Shown here: in pieces, positions 18,293-26,135 of the stretch
Layout of the letters: every line of letters begins with the position of its first letter
Numbering within the stretch: the first letter of the stretch is position 1
From: Psychrobacter sp. DM4
GTDB taxonomy: Bacteria; Pseudomonadota; Gammaproteobacteria; Pseudomonadales; Moraxellaceae
Length of the DNA: 32,000 nt
Assembly: GCF_051307035.1 (NCBI RefSeq)
Contig: NZ_CP195536.1
Coordinates: 1,800,001 to 1,832,000 of the forward strand
Direction: 5' to 3'
Made by a program: the position numbers and the translations under genes
Notes under the pieces: generated by a model
What the model was told of the DNA's origin: nothing
The model's input: the letters and a program-made list of their open reading frames with translations, nothing else
Database searches by the model: none

Positions 18293-19384
18293 ATGGGTTT
18301 TAATTGCGGCATCGTTGGCCTACCAAACGTAGGCAAGTCCACCTTATTTAATGCCTTAACCAAAGCGGGTATCGCCGCTGAGAACTTTCCCTTTTGTACC
18401 AAAGATCCCAATACGGGCATCGTGCCTGTACCGGACCCACGCCTAAAAAAGCTCGCTGACATTGTCAATCCCGAGCGCGTTATGCCAACGACGATGGAGT
18501 TCGTCGATATCGCAGGCTTGGTCGCAGGCGCGTCCAAAGGTGAAGGCATGGGTAATCAGTTCTTGGCCAATATCCGCGAGACCGATGCGATCGCCCACGT
18601 GGTACGCTGCTTTGACGATGACAACGTCATCCACGTCGATGGTCGCGTGAGCCCCATTGATGATATCGAAACGATCAATACTGAGCTAGCACTTGCTGAT
18701 TTAGAAGCGGTTGAGCGCGCCATTCACAACCAGACCAAAAAGGCTAAAGGTGGTGATAAAGACGCGCAAGCTTTGCTTGATATTTTCAAAAAAGTCGAGC
18801 CACTCTTAGCAGAAGGTAAAGCGGCACGCGCAGCCAATTTAGATAGCGATGAGAAAAAACTCATTAGAAGCTATGGTTTAATTACTCTAAAACCAACCAT
18901 GTATATTGCTAATGTGAGCGAGGATGGTTTTGAGAATAATCCATATCTTGATGCGGTACGTAACTACGCCACTGGCGATGAATCAATCGTTATTGCCTTA
19001 TGTAACCAAATCGAATCTGAAATCGCTCAGCTCGATGAGGACGACAAAAAAGACTTCCTAGCTGAGATGGATATGGAAGAGGCGGGCCTTGATCAAGTGA
19101 TTCGCGGTGGTTATGATTTGCTCGATATGCAAACGTACTTTACCGCTGGCGTGAAAGAAGTACGCGCGTGGACTGTTGAGATTGGTGCAACCGCTCCACA
19201 AGCCGCTGGTGTGATTCATACGGACTTTGAGCGCGGCTTTATTCGGGCTGAGGTCATCGCTTATGACGACTTCATCGAGCACAATGGCGAAAAAGGTGCA
19301 GCGGCTGCGGGCAAGTCACGTCTAGAGGGCAAAACCTATATCGTCCAAGATGGTGATGTGATGCATTTCCGTTTTAACGTCTAA
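18293..19384 (+). CDS. ychF: Redox-regulated ribosome-binding ATPase YchF
   Basis: [23 protein letters not shown], a coiled-coil insert and a C-terminal TGS-like domain ([13 protein letters not shown]...[11 protein letters not shown]). Confidence 0.95.
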   Translation: MGFNCGIVGLPNVGKSTLFNALTKAGIAAENFPFCTKDPNTGIVPVPDPRLKKLADIVNPERVMPTTMEFVDIAGLVAGASKGEGMGNQFLANIRETDAIAHVVRCFDDDNVIHVDGRVSPIDDIETINTELALADLEAVERAIHNQTKKAKGGDKDAQALLDIFKKVEPLLAEGKAARAANLDSDEKKLIRSYGLITLKPTMYIANVSEDGFENNPYLDAVRNYATGDESIVIALCNQIESEIAQLDEDDKKDFLAEMDMEEAGLDQVIRGGYDLLDMQTYFTAGVKEVRAWTVEIGATAPQAAGVIHTDFERGFIRAEVIAYDDFIEHNGEKGAAAAGKSRLEGKTYIVQDGDVMHFRFNV

Positions 19385-19445
19385 TGACTTTATTCGTTTA
19401 GAGCATTGATAGTCGTAACATTGCCAGTTATCACATAGAACAACC

Positions 19446-19474
19446 AAAAGTCAGCCTTTGTGCTGGCTTTTTTA
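19446..19474 (+). terminator. Rho-independent terminator after ychF
   Basis: AAAAGTCAGC-ctttgt-GCTGGCTTTT followed by more Ts. Confidence 0.7.
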
Positions 19475-19527
19475 TTATACTAAGGAGAGCAAAACAACTA
19501 TAATTTAGACCAATTGGATAATAATAA

Positions 19528-20967
19528 ATGATGAATTCTAACCATAAACCACACAGTGCAAGCGACCACTGGGCATGCCTATTTAGTGCTCAGCGCTTAG
19601 GCAGTGATAAGCTAATGCCGGTGCAAGATAGCGCGCGCTCCTCCTTTCATAAGGACTATGACAGGCTGGTATTTTCACACTCCTTTCGTCAACTCAATCA
19701 AAAAACCCAAGTACACCCGCTGACCAATCAGTTGGGCATTCATACGCGCCTGACCCATTCGTTGGAGGTATCTTGTATTGGGCGCTCACTTGGCATCATG
19801 GCGGCAGAGAAGCTCCATGACAAGCTGTCTACGGGTCTGCCATCAGGTGTCACGCCCTCCGATGTTGGCGTGATTATACAAGCCGCTTGTCTTGCCCACG
19901 ATATTGGTAATCCGCCGTTTGGTCACGCAGGAGAATATGCCATTCGAGACTGGTTTATGCATCCTGATCGCACCCCTATTCTGGCACATTTAAGTGACAA
20001 TGAGCAGTTGGACGTCTTAGCTTATGAGGGCAACGCACAAGGGTTTCGCTTGTTAGTCCGTAACGAGCACCATCCTGACAAAGGCGGCATGCGTTTGACC
20101 TGTGCAACTTTGGGCGCTTTTATGAAATATCCGTGGCTTGCAACTCATAGCAATTCGGACTTATTAAAGCGTCGCAGTACTAAAAACCAAGGAGTGATTC
20201 AACCAGACGTTACCAATCAAATTCGAAAGTTTGGCTGTTTTGCCAGTGAGTCAGCGCAGTTAGAGGAGCTTGCGGCAAATTTGTGCTTACCACGCTCAGA
20301 GCAGTATGATGGCTTTGCCCGTCATCCACTCGCTTACCTGCTAGAAGCCGCGGATGATATCTGCTATGCCTTGATCGATTTAGAGGACGGTATTCATCTA
20401 AATATGCTTGGGTTTGATGAAGTGGCCGATATTTTTTATCAGTTAATTGGTGAACGCCCTGCTCCACTATCCTCAACCGTATCAGTAAGACAGAGTCTAG
20501 CCGCCCTGCGAGCACGAGCAATGATGCGTTTGGTCAATACGGTTACAGACGCCTTTGTAACCAATAGCAGTGATATGCTGGCAGGTACTCTACAAGGCAG
20601 CTTATTCGCTCATTGTGATACCAGTGTTCAAAGCGGTATCACTGAAGCTAAATTACTGGCACGCGAGAAAATATTCAATCATCCAAGCAAAGTACGTATG
20701 GAGCTTATGGCCAATCAATGCCTGCGTCGATTGCTCGATGCTTTTATGCCTCTAGCCTGGACAATACTAGTCACATCGCCTCAACCCTTTGAGCAACAGC
20801 GGCTAATGAGTTTACTAAAACCACACTTAGCTGAGCAGCAAAGAGAGTTATCAGACAACATCTATCATAATATTTTAAATATATTAGACTTCATTACGGG
20901 TATGAATGACCACGAAGCTTATCGATTAGCGCAGGAGTTGCAAGGTCATTGGGGTACCGTTATTTGA
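19528..20967 (+). CDS. dGTP triphosphohydrolase-like HD-domain protein (Dgt family)
   Basis: F.KDYDRLVFSHSFRQL..KTQV, HTRLTHSLEVSCIGRSLG and ACLAHDIGNPPFGHAGE (HD motif), with the C-terminal DLEDG and NDHEAY region typical of dGTPase-like proteins. Confidence 0.85.
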   Translation: MMNSNHKPHSASDHWACLFSAQRLGSDKLMPVQDSARSSFHKDYDRLVFSHSFRQLNQKTQVHPLTNQLGIHTRLTHSLEVSCIGRSLGIMAAEKLHDKLSTGLPSGVTPSDVGVIIQAACLAHDIGNPPFGHAGEYAIRDWFMHPDRTPILAHLSDNEQLDVLAYEGNAQGFRLLVRNEHHPDKGGMRLTCATLGAFMKYPWLATHSNSDLLKRRSTKNQGVIQPDVTNQIRKFGCFASESAQLEELAANLCLPRSEQYDGFARHPLAYLLEAADDICYALIDLEDGIHLNMLGFDEVADIFYQLIGERPAPLSSTVSVRQSLAALRARAMMRLVNTVTDAFVTNSSDMLAGTLQGSLFAHCDTSVQSGITEAKLLAREKIFNHPSKVRMELMANQCLRRLLDAFMPLAWTILVTSPQPFEQQRLMSLLKPHLAEQQRELSDNIYHNILNILDFITGMNDHEAYRLAQELQGHWGTVI

Positions 20968-21105
20968 TATTTATCACTCAATAAGACCCTTCTGAAAAAT
21001 CATTTGGTAAATTTATCAGCATCCTTTTCATTTTGATAAGGGCGCTATTTAATTCGTATTTTTGTGACAAAATGAGTATGATAAACCCCTATTAGGTAAT
21101 TTTGA

Positions 21106-21792
21106 ATGATTATGAGTAGTCGTGAACAAAAAAAACTTCAGACTCGGCACGCTTTTTTTAATGCGGTGCTTGATCTTTGCATGATGGGACAGTCCTTTAG
21201 CTCTATTAGCCTCAGACAAGTCACGCGTGAAGTTGGCGTGGTACCGACGGCATTTTATCGTCATTTTGATGATATGGAATCGCTTGGACAAGCTTTGGTC
21301 GTTGAGGAGCTTGGCAATACTTTGGCTATCTTGAGTAATAGCTTACAAATAGGGCGCAAACGTAGTTTTGATCGTCAAATTGCCAAAAGCATCCAGCTGT
21401 TTTTGCAGACGGTTAGCGCTGAGCCAAGATACTGGCAGTTCTTGGTCAGTGAGCGTTTTGGAGGCTCAGAAGCGGTTCGCAAATCCATAAATGATCTGAT
21501 GAAAATGCATAGTAAGATTTTAGCAGAAGACTTGGCATTACAGCCGGCTTTTGCTCATATCAATCAGTATGATCTGCTACTACTCTCTGGCGCTGGCACC
21601 AATATGTTTTTTTCTTGGATTATCGATTGGTTAGATTTGACCTATTCAGAGGACCACGATGATGAAGTCGACTTAGAAGAAATTGAGTCCAAAAAACAGC
21701 TGATGCTTCACAATTGCACTCGTCAAGCACAAATGCTATTTTATGGCGCTTATAACTGGAAATCTAGCGAAGAGACGCTTTTAGATGACTAA
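21106..21792 (+). CDS. fabR: TetR-family regulator, FabR-like (unsaturated fatty acid biosynthesis repressor)
   Basis: REQKKLQTRHAFFNAVLDL....SFSSISLRQVTREVGVVPTAFYRHFDDMESLGQALVVEE aligns closely by eye with the E. coli FabR N-terminus ([38 protein letters not shown]). The C-terminal ...GAYNW resembles FabR ...GAYYW. Confidence 0.65.
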   Translation: MIMSSREQKKLQTRHAFFNAVLDLCMMGQSFSSISLRQVTREVGVVPTAFYRHFDDMESLGQALVVEELGNTLAILSNSLQIGRKRSFDRQIAKSIQLFLQTVSAEPRYWQFLVSERFGGSEAVRKSINDLMKMHSKILAEDLALQPAFAHINQYDLLLLSGAGTNMFFSWIIDWLDLTYSEDHDDEVDLEEIESKKQLMLHNCTRQAQMLFYGAYNWKSSEETLLDD

Positions 21793-21803
21793 AACCGTTA
21801 GAT

Positions 21804-22077
21804 GATTAGGGCGTGTTGAACATTCGATTATGTCACTGACAGAGACTACTTTTTAGACGGTTCAAAGGTAAAAACAGTAAGTTTAGTCATTCTAAGCGTC
21901 TATTTTTATCAAAGGAGCGGCAAAAAGAGTCCTGTCCTTTCAGGCTGATGCTAAAATTGCTCCATACTGTGTTGCAAGTCTAGCTAAGGTCTAGACATTA
22001 TCTTCGACTTGCGCCGTGTCTGGAACAATTTTAGCGATCAGCAGTGCTCATTTATGAATGTTCAACACGCCCTAATC
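21804..22077. mobile_element. MITE-like non-coding palindromic element (~274 bp) with 22-bp perfect terminal inverted repeats
   Basis: GATTAGGGCGTGTTGAACATTC (21804-21825) is the exact reverse complement of 22056-22077. A second, imperfect inverted repeat is nested inside (about 21941-21980 vs 22006-22045, including GCTAAAATTG/CAATTTTAGC and CAAGTC/GACTTG). No ORF is present. It sits between convergent fabR-like and gspK. Confidence 0.5.
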
Positions 22078-22113
22078 TATGCCTATTCAAAATAAACGCT
22101 TTCATACATTGTT

Positions 22114-23235
22114 TTAAAAACTAGGTCTAAAAGCATAAAGACGGCGGTTAATTACCTTGACCGTTTTATCAGCGCTAGACTTATCACTGGTGTCACTACT
22201 AGACGTGTTGTTACTGGCAACGTCTGGAGCATTTGAGCTATTCGTGTTTTGATTGCTTTGAGCACCCTGGTTACTTTGACTACCGTTTGCAGCGTTACTC
22301 TCGCTATTCGTATTGTCTTTGCCATTATCAAGCACATTATTTATGAGTATAATTGCAAAACGCTGTTTGGCATCGCTATCGGTAGCGGTTATCAGCGCTC
22401 TAAAAGCCCGGCTATCGACAGCCAGTAGCGAGGTTGACGCTTGACGTTGCTCATCAGTGACTACGGCCAAAGCTGGCAGCTGCCATAACTCATCAATAGA
22501 GGCTAAGACTCGCTGAAAGCGCAAATCGGTCAGCGTTGTCATTTGTTCAACGGTTACACCCTCTACTAAAGAGGCGAGTAATTCAGGACTTGCGGTATTG
22601 ACATTGATTGGCAAATAATAAGGCACGGCAGTAATATAAGGCCGTAGCGCCGCCAACCCTTCGGCATCTATACCTTGCACCTCTAGCAACTGATCAACAC
22701 TCGTAAAAGGTTGATTGGGCAAAGTACGAGCCAGTGAGCTCAAGTTGTATACAGCCCCCTCATCACCACCATCCTTATAAACCTCACTATCTGAATCCTG
22801 CCAGTCCAGAACAGCAATGGCAACAGCAGGATCCAGATTAAACTGTGTCAATAGTTTTTGTAACAGCGCTAAGGCATCGTCATTGGCTACGCCATCTTGA
22901 TATAGATTGTTAATATTAAAACGACTGGCCTCATCTCGCATCTCAATACTTACGCTATGAGTTCCTAATGTATAAGGCGGTATCGGCTGCGCCCATATGT
23001 CCTGTGCGCTATCGGTATCGTTAAGCTCGTTATCAGCGCGGATCATGGTCACGGCCAACTGTCCACCTGCATCGATGTCTTGTAGTAGTTGATTTTGATT
23101 AAATAGCAAGCCACTGCGGCGAATGACAATTTTTTGACTGGCAAGCATAGCCCCTGCGACTACAGTGATACTGACAACCAAGAGCAAGATAGTTAGTAAT
23201 GCCACACCGCGTTGGGAGTTTGCTGTTATGCTCAT
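22114..23235 (-). CDS. gspK: Type II secretion minor pseudopilin GspK
   Basis: The N-terminus QRGVALLTILLLVVSITVVAG lacks the G-F/E5 of other pseudopilins, as in GspK. FNINNL and INVNTASPELLASL motifs are present. I prefer the first ATG (23235, AAGAG upstream) over the ORF-track TTG at 23286. An N/S/Q-rich ~55-aa insert lies near the C-terminus. Confidence 0.85.
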   Translation of the reverse strand: MSITANSQRGVALLTILLLVVSITVVAGAMLASQKIVIRRSGLLFNQNQLLQDIDAGGQLAVTMIRADNELNDTDSAQDIWAQPIPPYTLGTHSVSIEMRDEASRFNINNLYQDGVANDDALALLQKLLTQFNLDPAVAIAVLDWQDSDSEVYKDGGDEGAVYNLSSLARTLPNQPFTSVDQLLEVQGIDAEGLAALRPYITAVPYYLPINVNTASPELLASLVEGVTVEQMTTLTDLRFQRVLASIDELWQLPALAVVTDEQRQASTSLLAVDSRAFRALITATDSDAKQRFAIILINNVLDNGKDNTNSESNAANGSQSNQGAQSNQNTNSSNAPDVASNNTSSSDTSDKSSADKTVKVINRRLYAFRPSF

Positions 23236-23258
23236 GGGCTGCTCTTGTTGTTCAGTAC

Positions 23259-23969
23259 TTATTGCGAGTTGAGGGCAAATTGCCAAGTAATTGGAACATC
23301 TTGATAAGTAAAACTAATACCGATGCCCTTTGGCAATAGTGGGTTTTTTACAGCAGTTGCATCGCTAGTTGAGTTTTGAGCGTCAGGGTTTGGAAACGTC
23401 GTGCTCAGTTCAGGTAAATAGGCTTGCAAGCGCCCATCGCTAATCTCTGTTAGCAAAACACTGTCTAAGCTGATATTACTCGGGTCATCGTCGATACTGG
23501 TATATTGACGTCGGATGAGCTGTTGATTGTCAAAGACATAATCAATGCGCTGAATACTAGGGCTACTTTGGTATCTTGGGTCTGGATCAGCAAAACGAAC
23601 AAAGCTAATGGAGTCACTGCTCACACTCATAAAAGGTTTAGCAATAGAAGCTTGTTTAGTACCAGCTTGAGCGTTGCTTTGTTGAGCGTTGCTTTGTTGA
23701 GTGCTGTTAGCATTTAAAGTAGGCGTACTATTAGTATCATCACTGCCATTTTGAATGGACGGCGCTTGATAGGGAATAACCTGACCCATGTCTTGTTGTA
23801 TTTGCAGGTAAACATATTGCAATACTGCTAAGTTGTCCGCTTGGTACTGTGCGCGTTCGCGTGCGCGATTGACACCATCAAATACCTGCCAACCTGCTAC
23901 AGCGAGCATCGCGAATATGGACATGGCTACCATTAGCTCAAGCAGAGTAAACCCGCCTTGATGTCTCAC
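23259..23969 (-). CDS. gspJ: Type II secretion minor pseudopilin GspJ
   Basis: MRHQGGFTLLELMVAMSIFAMLAVAGWQVF is a prepilin-peptidase site plus hydrophobic helix. The GTG start overlaps the gspI stop (GTGA). It contains an N/Q/S-rich insert. Confidence 0.85.
   Translation of the reverse strand: MRHQGGFTLLELMVAMSIFAMLAVAGWQVFDGVNRARERAQYQADNLAVLQYVYLQIQQDMGQVIPYQAPSIQNGSDDTNSTPTLNANSTQQSNAQQSNAQAGTKQASIAKPFMSVSSDSISFVRFADPDPRYQSSPSIQRIDYVFDNQQLIRRQYTSIDDDPSNISLDSVLLTEISDGRLQAYLPELSTTFPNPDAQNSTSDATAVKNPLLPKGIGISFTYQDVPITWQFALNSQ
23667..23708. repeat. 15-bp in-frame tandem repeat (about 2.8 copies) inside gspJ
   Basis: TTGAGCGTTGCTTTG at 23667-23681 and at 23682-23696 are identical. A partial diverged third copy, TTGAGTGCTGTT, follows. 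The repeat encodes QQSNAQQSNAQ on the minus strand. Confidence 0.85.
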
Positions 23970-24433
23970 AGACTGCCTCTTAGCGCTTGAGCGGACAAGT
24001 CTAGACTGCCGACCTTTTGCTCTTTATTACTTATTATAACCGTAATATCAGTGACTACTGAACGCGTTTGTCCGTCGATGACAGGCGCCACCGTTATATT
24101 GACCTGCTTTAATGCAGGAGATAAAGTGTCAGAGGCAATCATCTCTACTTGCCAGTCGCGGCCTTGTTCGGTTAGCGTTTGACTACGATTAGTCGTCAGC
24201 CAAGTATTTTGAATTTGCAAATCACTAGCAGCGTTTTGCGCGACAAAGTGCGCCAGCGTACGCGTGCGCAAAGTATCTACAGAGCTTAGATAAGCACTAC
24301 TAGCGCGACTGGCAGCTACGGCAACCACTGCCAATATAGCAAGCGCTACCATCACCTCAATCAAGGTAAAGCCGCTCTGAGTAGATGAGCGATAGCTTTC
24401 GTGATGAATCGATTCAGATGAGTGAGACATCAA
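23966..24433 (-). CDS. gspI: Type II secretion minor pseudopilin GspI
   Basis: SGFTLIEVMVALAILAVVAVAA prepilin motif, in the size class of GspI. The ORF-track start is TTG 24433; ATG at 24430 is more likely. A ~20-aa leader precedes the G|F site. Confidence 0.85.
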   Translation of the reverse strand: MMSHSSESIHHESYRSSTQSGFTLIEVMVALAILAVVAVAASRASSAYLSSVDTLRTRTLAHFVAQNAASDLQIQNTWLTTNRSQTLTEQGRDWQVEMIASDTLSPALKQVNITVAPVIDGQTRSVVTDITVIISNKEQKVGSLDLSAQALRGSL

Positions 24434-25279
24434 TTATATCCCTTGTCCTATCATCATATTACCGTCTGGCATGATCGTGATGACCTCGCCCACTAGCCGC
24501 GAGTCATGACGTATCTCAATAGTGACAGGTGTCGCTTGTCCGGTACCAAACCACAAAACTTGCGGTACAGTTTGATCCGTGAACCAAGGCTGTAGCGTTC
24601 GCGTATCAGACGCACTATTACTCCTCATTCCCGTGCCATCTAGACTCTGAATATTAAGACTCACGCCAGCTGGCATAGTCGGTAATGTAATATCTGGTTC
24701 GAGCTCCCAACTTGGTGTTGGGTTTTGCGCATCGGATGTCCTACCAGAGATATCAGCAGATAACTCCATCGCATTTTTTGGCTTATTGTTTTTGGCATTT
24801 GGGTCATTAGAGCTCTGATAAGCAATATAGGGGTTAGATAACGTGACGATCACAGGGGTCACTTGGCCTTGGTTATCTGCTTGCAATTTTAGACCCATCG
24901 GTTGCATGCGCTCAGCCGATAATAATCTTACATAACTTAGAGAATCCGTTATATGCTCATAGAAGGCGCGGTTTTTTCGAGAGTCACTGCTACCAACTGA
25001 CAGACTAATCATCCCTGCAAATATAGAGAGGATAACCACGACTACCAAGATTTCAACCAGCGTAAAACCTGCTTGTGGAAATTGAGATGAGTTTGTTAAC
25101 TGTGATGGATAATGAGTAGCAGTAGATAGATTACTATGACTAGAATCAAGGTCGTTTTTATGACAAGAATGCGCTCTTGCACTTATAGAAGTTATACAAG
25201 GGCTAATGTTGGCATCATTAGCCAAGTAGACGGAGTCAGTAGGTACTGGATTGGGCAAAGCTTGAGGCGTAACAGGCAT
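24434..25279 (-). CDS. gspH: Type II secretion minor pseudopilin GspH with an unusually long pre-cleavage leader
   Basis: AGFTLVEILVVVVILSIFAGMISL prepilin motif, positioned first in an H-I-J-K series. Only ATG 25279 (AGGTG 5 nt upstream) or an in-frame TTG at codon 19 can serve as a start. The G|F site is therefore preceded by ~50-68 aa. Confidence 0.7.
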   Translation of the reverse strand: MPVTPQALPNPVPTDSVYLANDANISPCITSISARAHSCHKNDLDSSHSNLSTATHYPSQLTNSSQFPQAGFTLVEILVVVVILSIFAGMISLSVGSSDSRKNRAFYEHITDSLSYVRLLSAERMQPMGLKLQADNQGQVTPVIVTLSNPYIAYQSSNDPNAKNNKPKNAMELSADISGRTSDAQNPTPSWELEPDITLPTMPAGVSLNIQSLDGTGMRSNSASDTRTLQPWFTDQTVPQVLWFGTGQATPVTIEIRHDSRLVGEVITIMPDGNMMIGQGI

Positions 25280-25318
25280 GTTGCACCTATAAATATAGTA
25301 GATAGCTATATAAACAAA

Positions 25319-26002
25319 TCAGTAGTTGGTATTACGATGTTCTTCTGATTCAGTATCAATCTGTTCAACCAGCTCTTGCATATCTTCATCAATACATTCA
25401 TCAGCGAGTGCAGGATAATGACTGGGCAGCTCTAACATCTGCTGAACCAAAGCATAACGCAAAGTATCACGTCGACCCAGATAACGCTGATAGAAGCTTG
25501 AATTTAATAGTCCAGCGCCGCCTTGACCCATCGCCCATAGCGAGGACAGATAGTCTCGAGTACTGAGGCTACTCTTTTGATCCTTTAAGTAAGTACTGAT
25601 GATATCGAGCATACGCTTCATACGTTGACGACGAATATCATATAGCTCACCAAATAGTCGGTTGAGCCCTGTCACCGAAGCAGCCAAACGCTCCTCTATC
25701 TGATTAAGTAGCATGGCTTTTTGCGGATTCATTAATTGCTGAAAAATCATACGAGAGATGCCAGCTGAGGCACAATCATCAATACGATTGATCTCAAACA
25801 ACTGCTCTTCATAACGAATAATGATACGCAGATAAAGCTCATCTTTACTGGAGAAATGCTTATAAAGCGTACCTTTAGCCAAATCGAGCTGATCGGCCAG
25901 ACTGTCCAATGTGATATCACCATCACCTGACTCAAGCAGCAGCTGCTCAGCCATTGCTAAGATATTCTCTTCTCGTATCTTGAATTGGTGTTGACGACTC
26001 AT
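25319..26002 (-). CDS. TetR/AcrR-family transcriptional regulator
   Basis: HTH region ITLDSLADQLDLAKGTLYKHFSSKDELY. I prefer ATG 26002, preceded by GGGAGA, over the ORF-track TTG 26014. The C-terminus is acidic. The stop lies 39 nt upstream of the gspH start on the same strand. Confidence 0.85.
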   Translation of the reverse strand: MSRQHQFKIREENILAMAEQLLLESGDGDITLDSLADQLDLAKGTLYKHFSSKDELYLRIIIRYEEQLFEINRIDDCASAGISRMIFQQLMNPQKAMLLNQIEERLAASVTGLNRLFGELYDIRRQRMKRMLDIISTYLKDQKSSLSTRDYLSSLWAMGQGGAGLLNSSFYQRYLGRRDTLRYALVQQMLELPSHYPALADECIDEDMQELVEQIDTESEEHRNTNY

Positions 26003-26135
26003 ATTATCTCCCAAAATCCGGCAGGGTCAAGCACATGGTATCCATAGGATAGCCTTGGCCTGACAATGTCCGGTAACTGCTTGATGACTCAGTAGATCTA
26101 GATATAAATGACTGATTGGTCATAGCATAACGATT

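Noticed and set aside
15849-20967. A defence island formed by the UvrD-like helicase and the Dgt-family dGTPase. Both families have anti-phage members.
   Set aside because: The two genes are separated by the core gene ychF, are on opposite strands and have separate promoters and terminators. No nuclease, methylase, TIR, Sir2 or other defence partners are present. The Dgt protein looks like the common housekeeping dGTPase-like type. This is association by family name only.
21049-21291. An 80-aa minus-strand ORF overlapping the 5' end of the fabR-like gene.
   Set aside because: It is antisense to a well-supported TetR HTH-coding region and has a basic, low-complexity translation. It is most likely a shadow ORF.
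21804-22077. Integron attC site or gene-cassette boundary. GTTGAAC and GTTCAAC cores are present in the terminal repeats.
   Set aside because: The cores occur in the order GTTRRRY ... RYYYAAC on both strands, the reverse of attC (R'' RYYYAAC first, R' GTTRRRY last). The element is ~274 bp, longer than typical attC sites. No intI, attI or cassette array is nearby.
23236-23286. Longer ORF-track starts using TTG: gspK 23286, TetR 26014, ppsR 6881, fpr 30666, glycerate kinase 12391, gspI 24433.
   Set aside because: In each case a downstream ATG within a few codons (17 codons for gspK) has a better SD. That ATG also gives an N-terminus matching the orthologues, for example MSKLRTE... for Fpr and MSITANSQRGVALL for GspK. 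The TTG codons are simply the first permissible start in the open frame.
22114-25279. The alternative reading of the four prepilin-like genes as type IV pilus minor pilins (FimU/PilV/PilW/PilX).
   Set aside because: The last gene has GspK hallmarks. Its N-terminus (RGVALLTILL) has no G-F/E5 processing motif, and FNINNL and INVNTASPELL motifs are present. The H-I-J-K size pattern and tight coupling fit the T2SS set. No pilY1/pilE-like genes follow.
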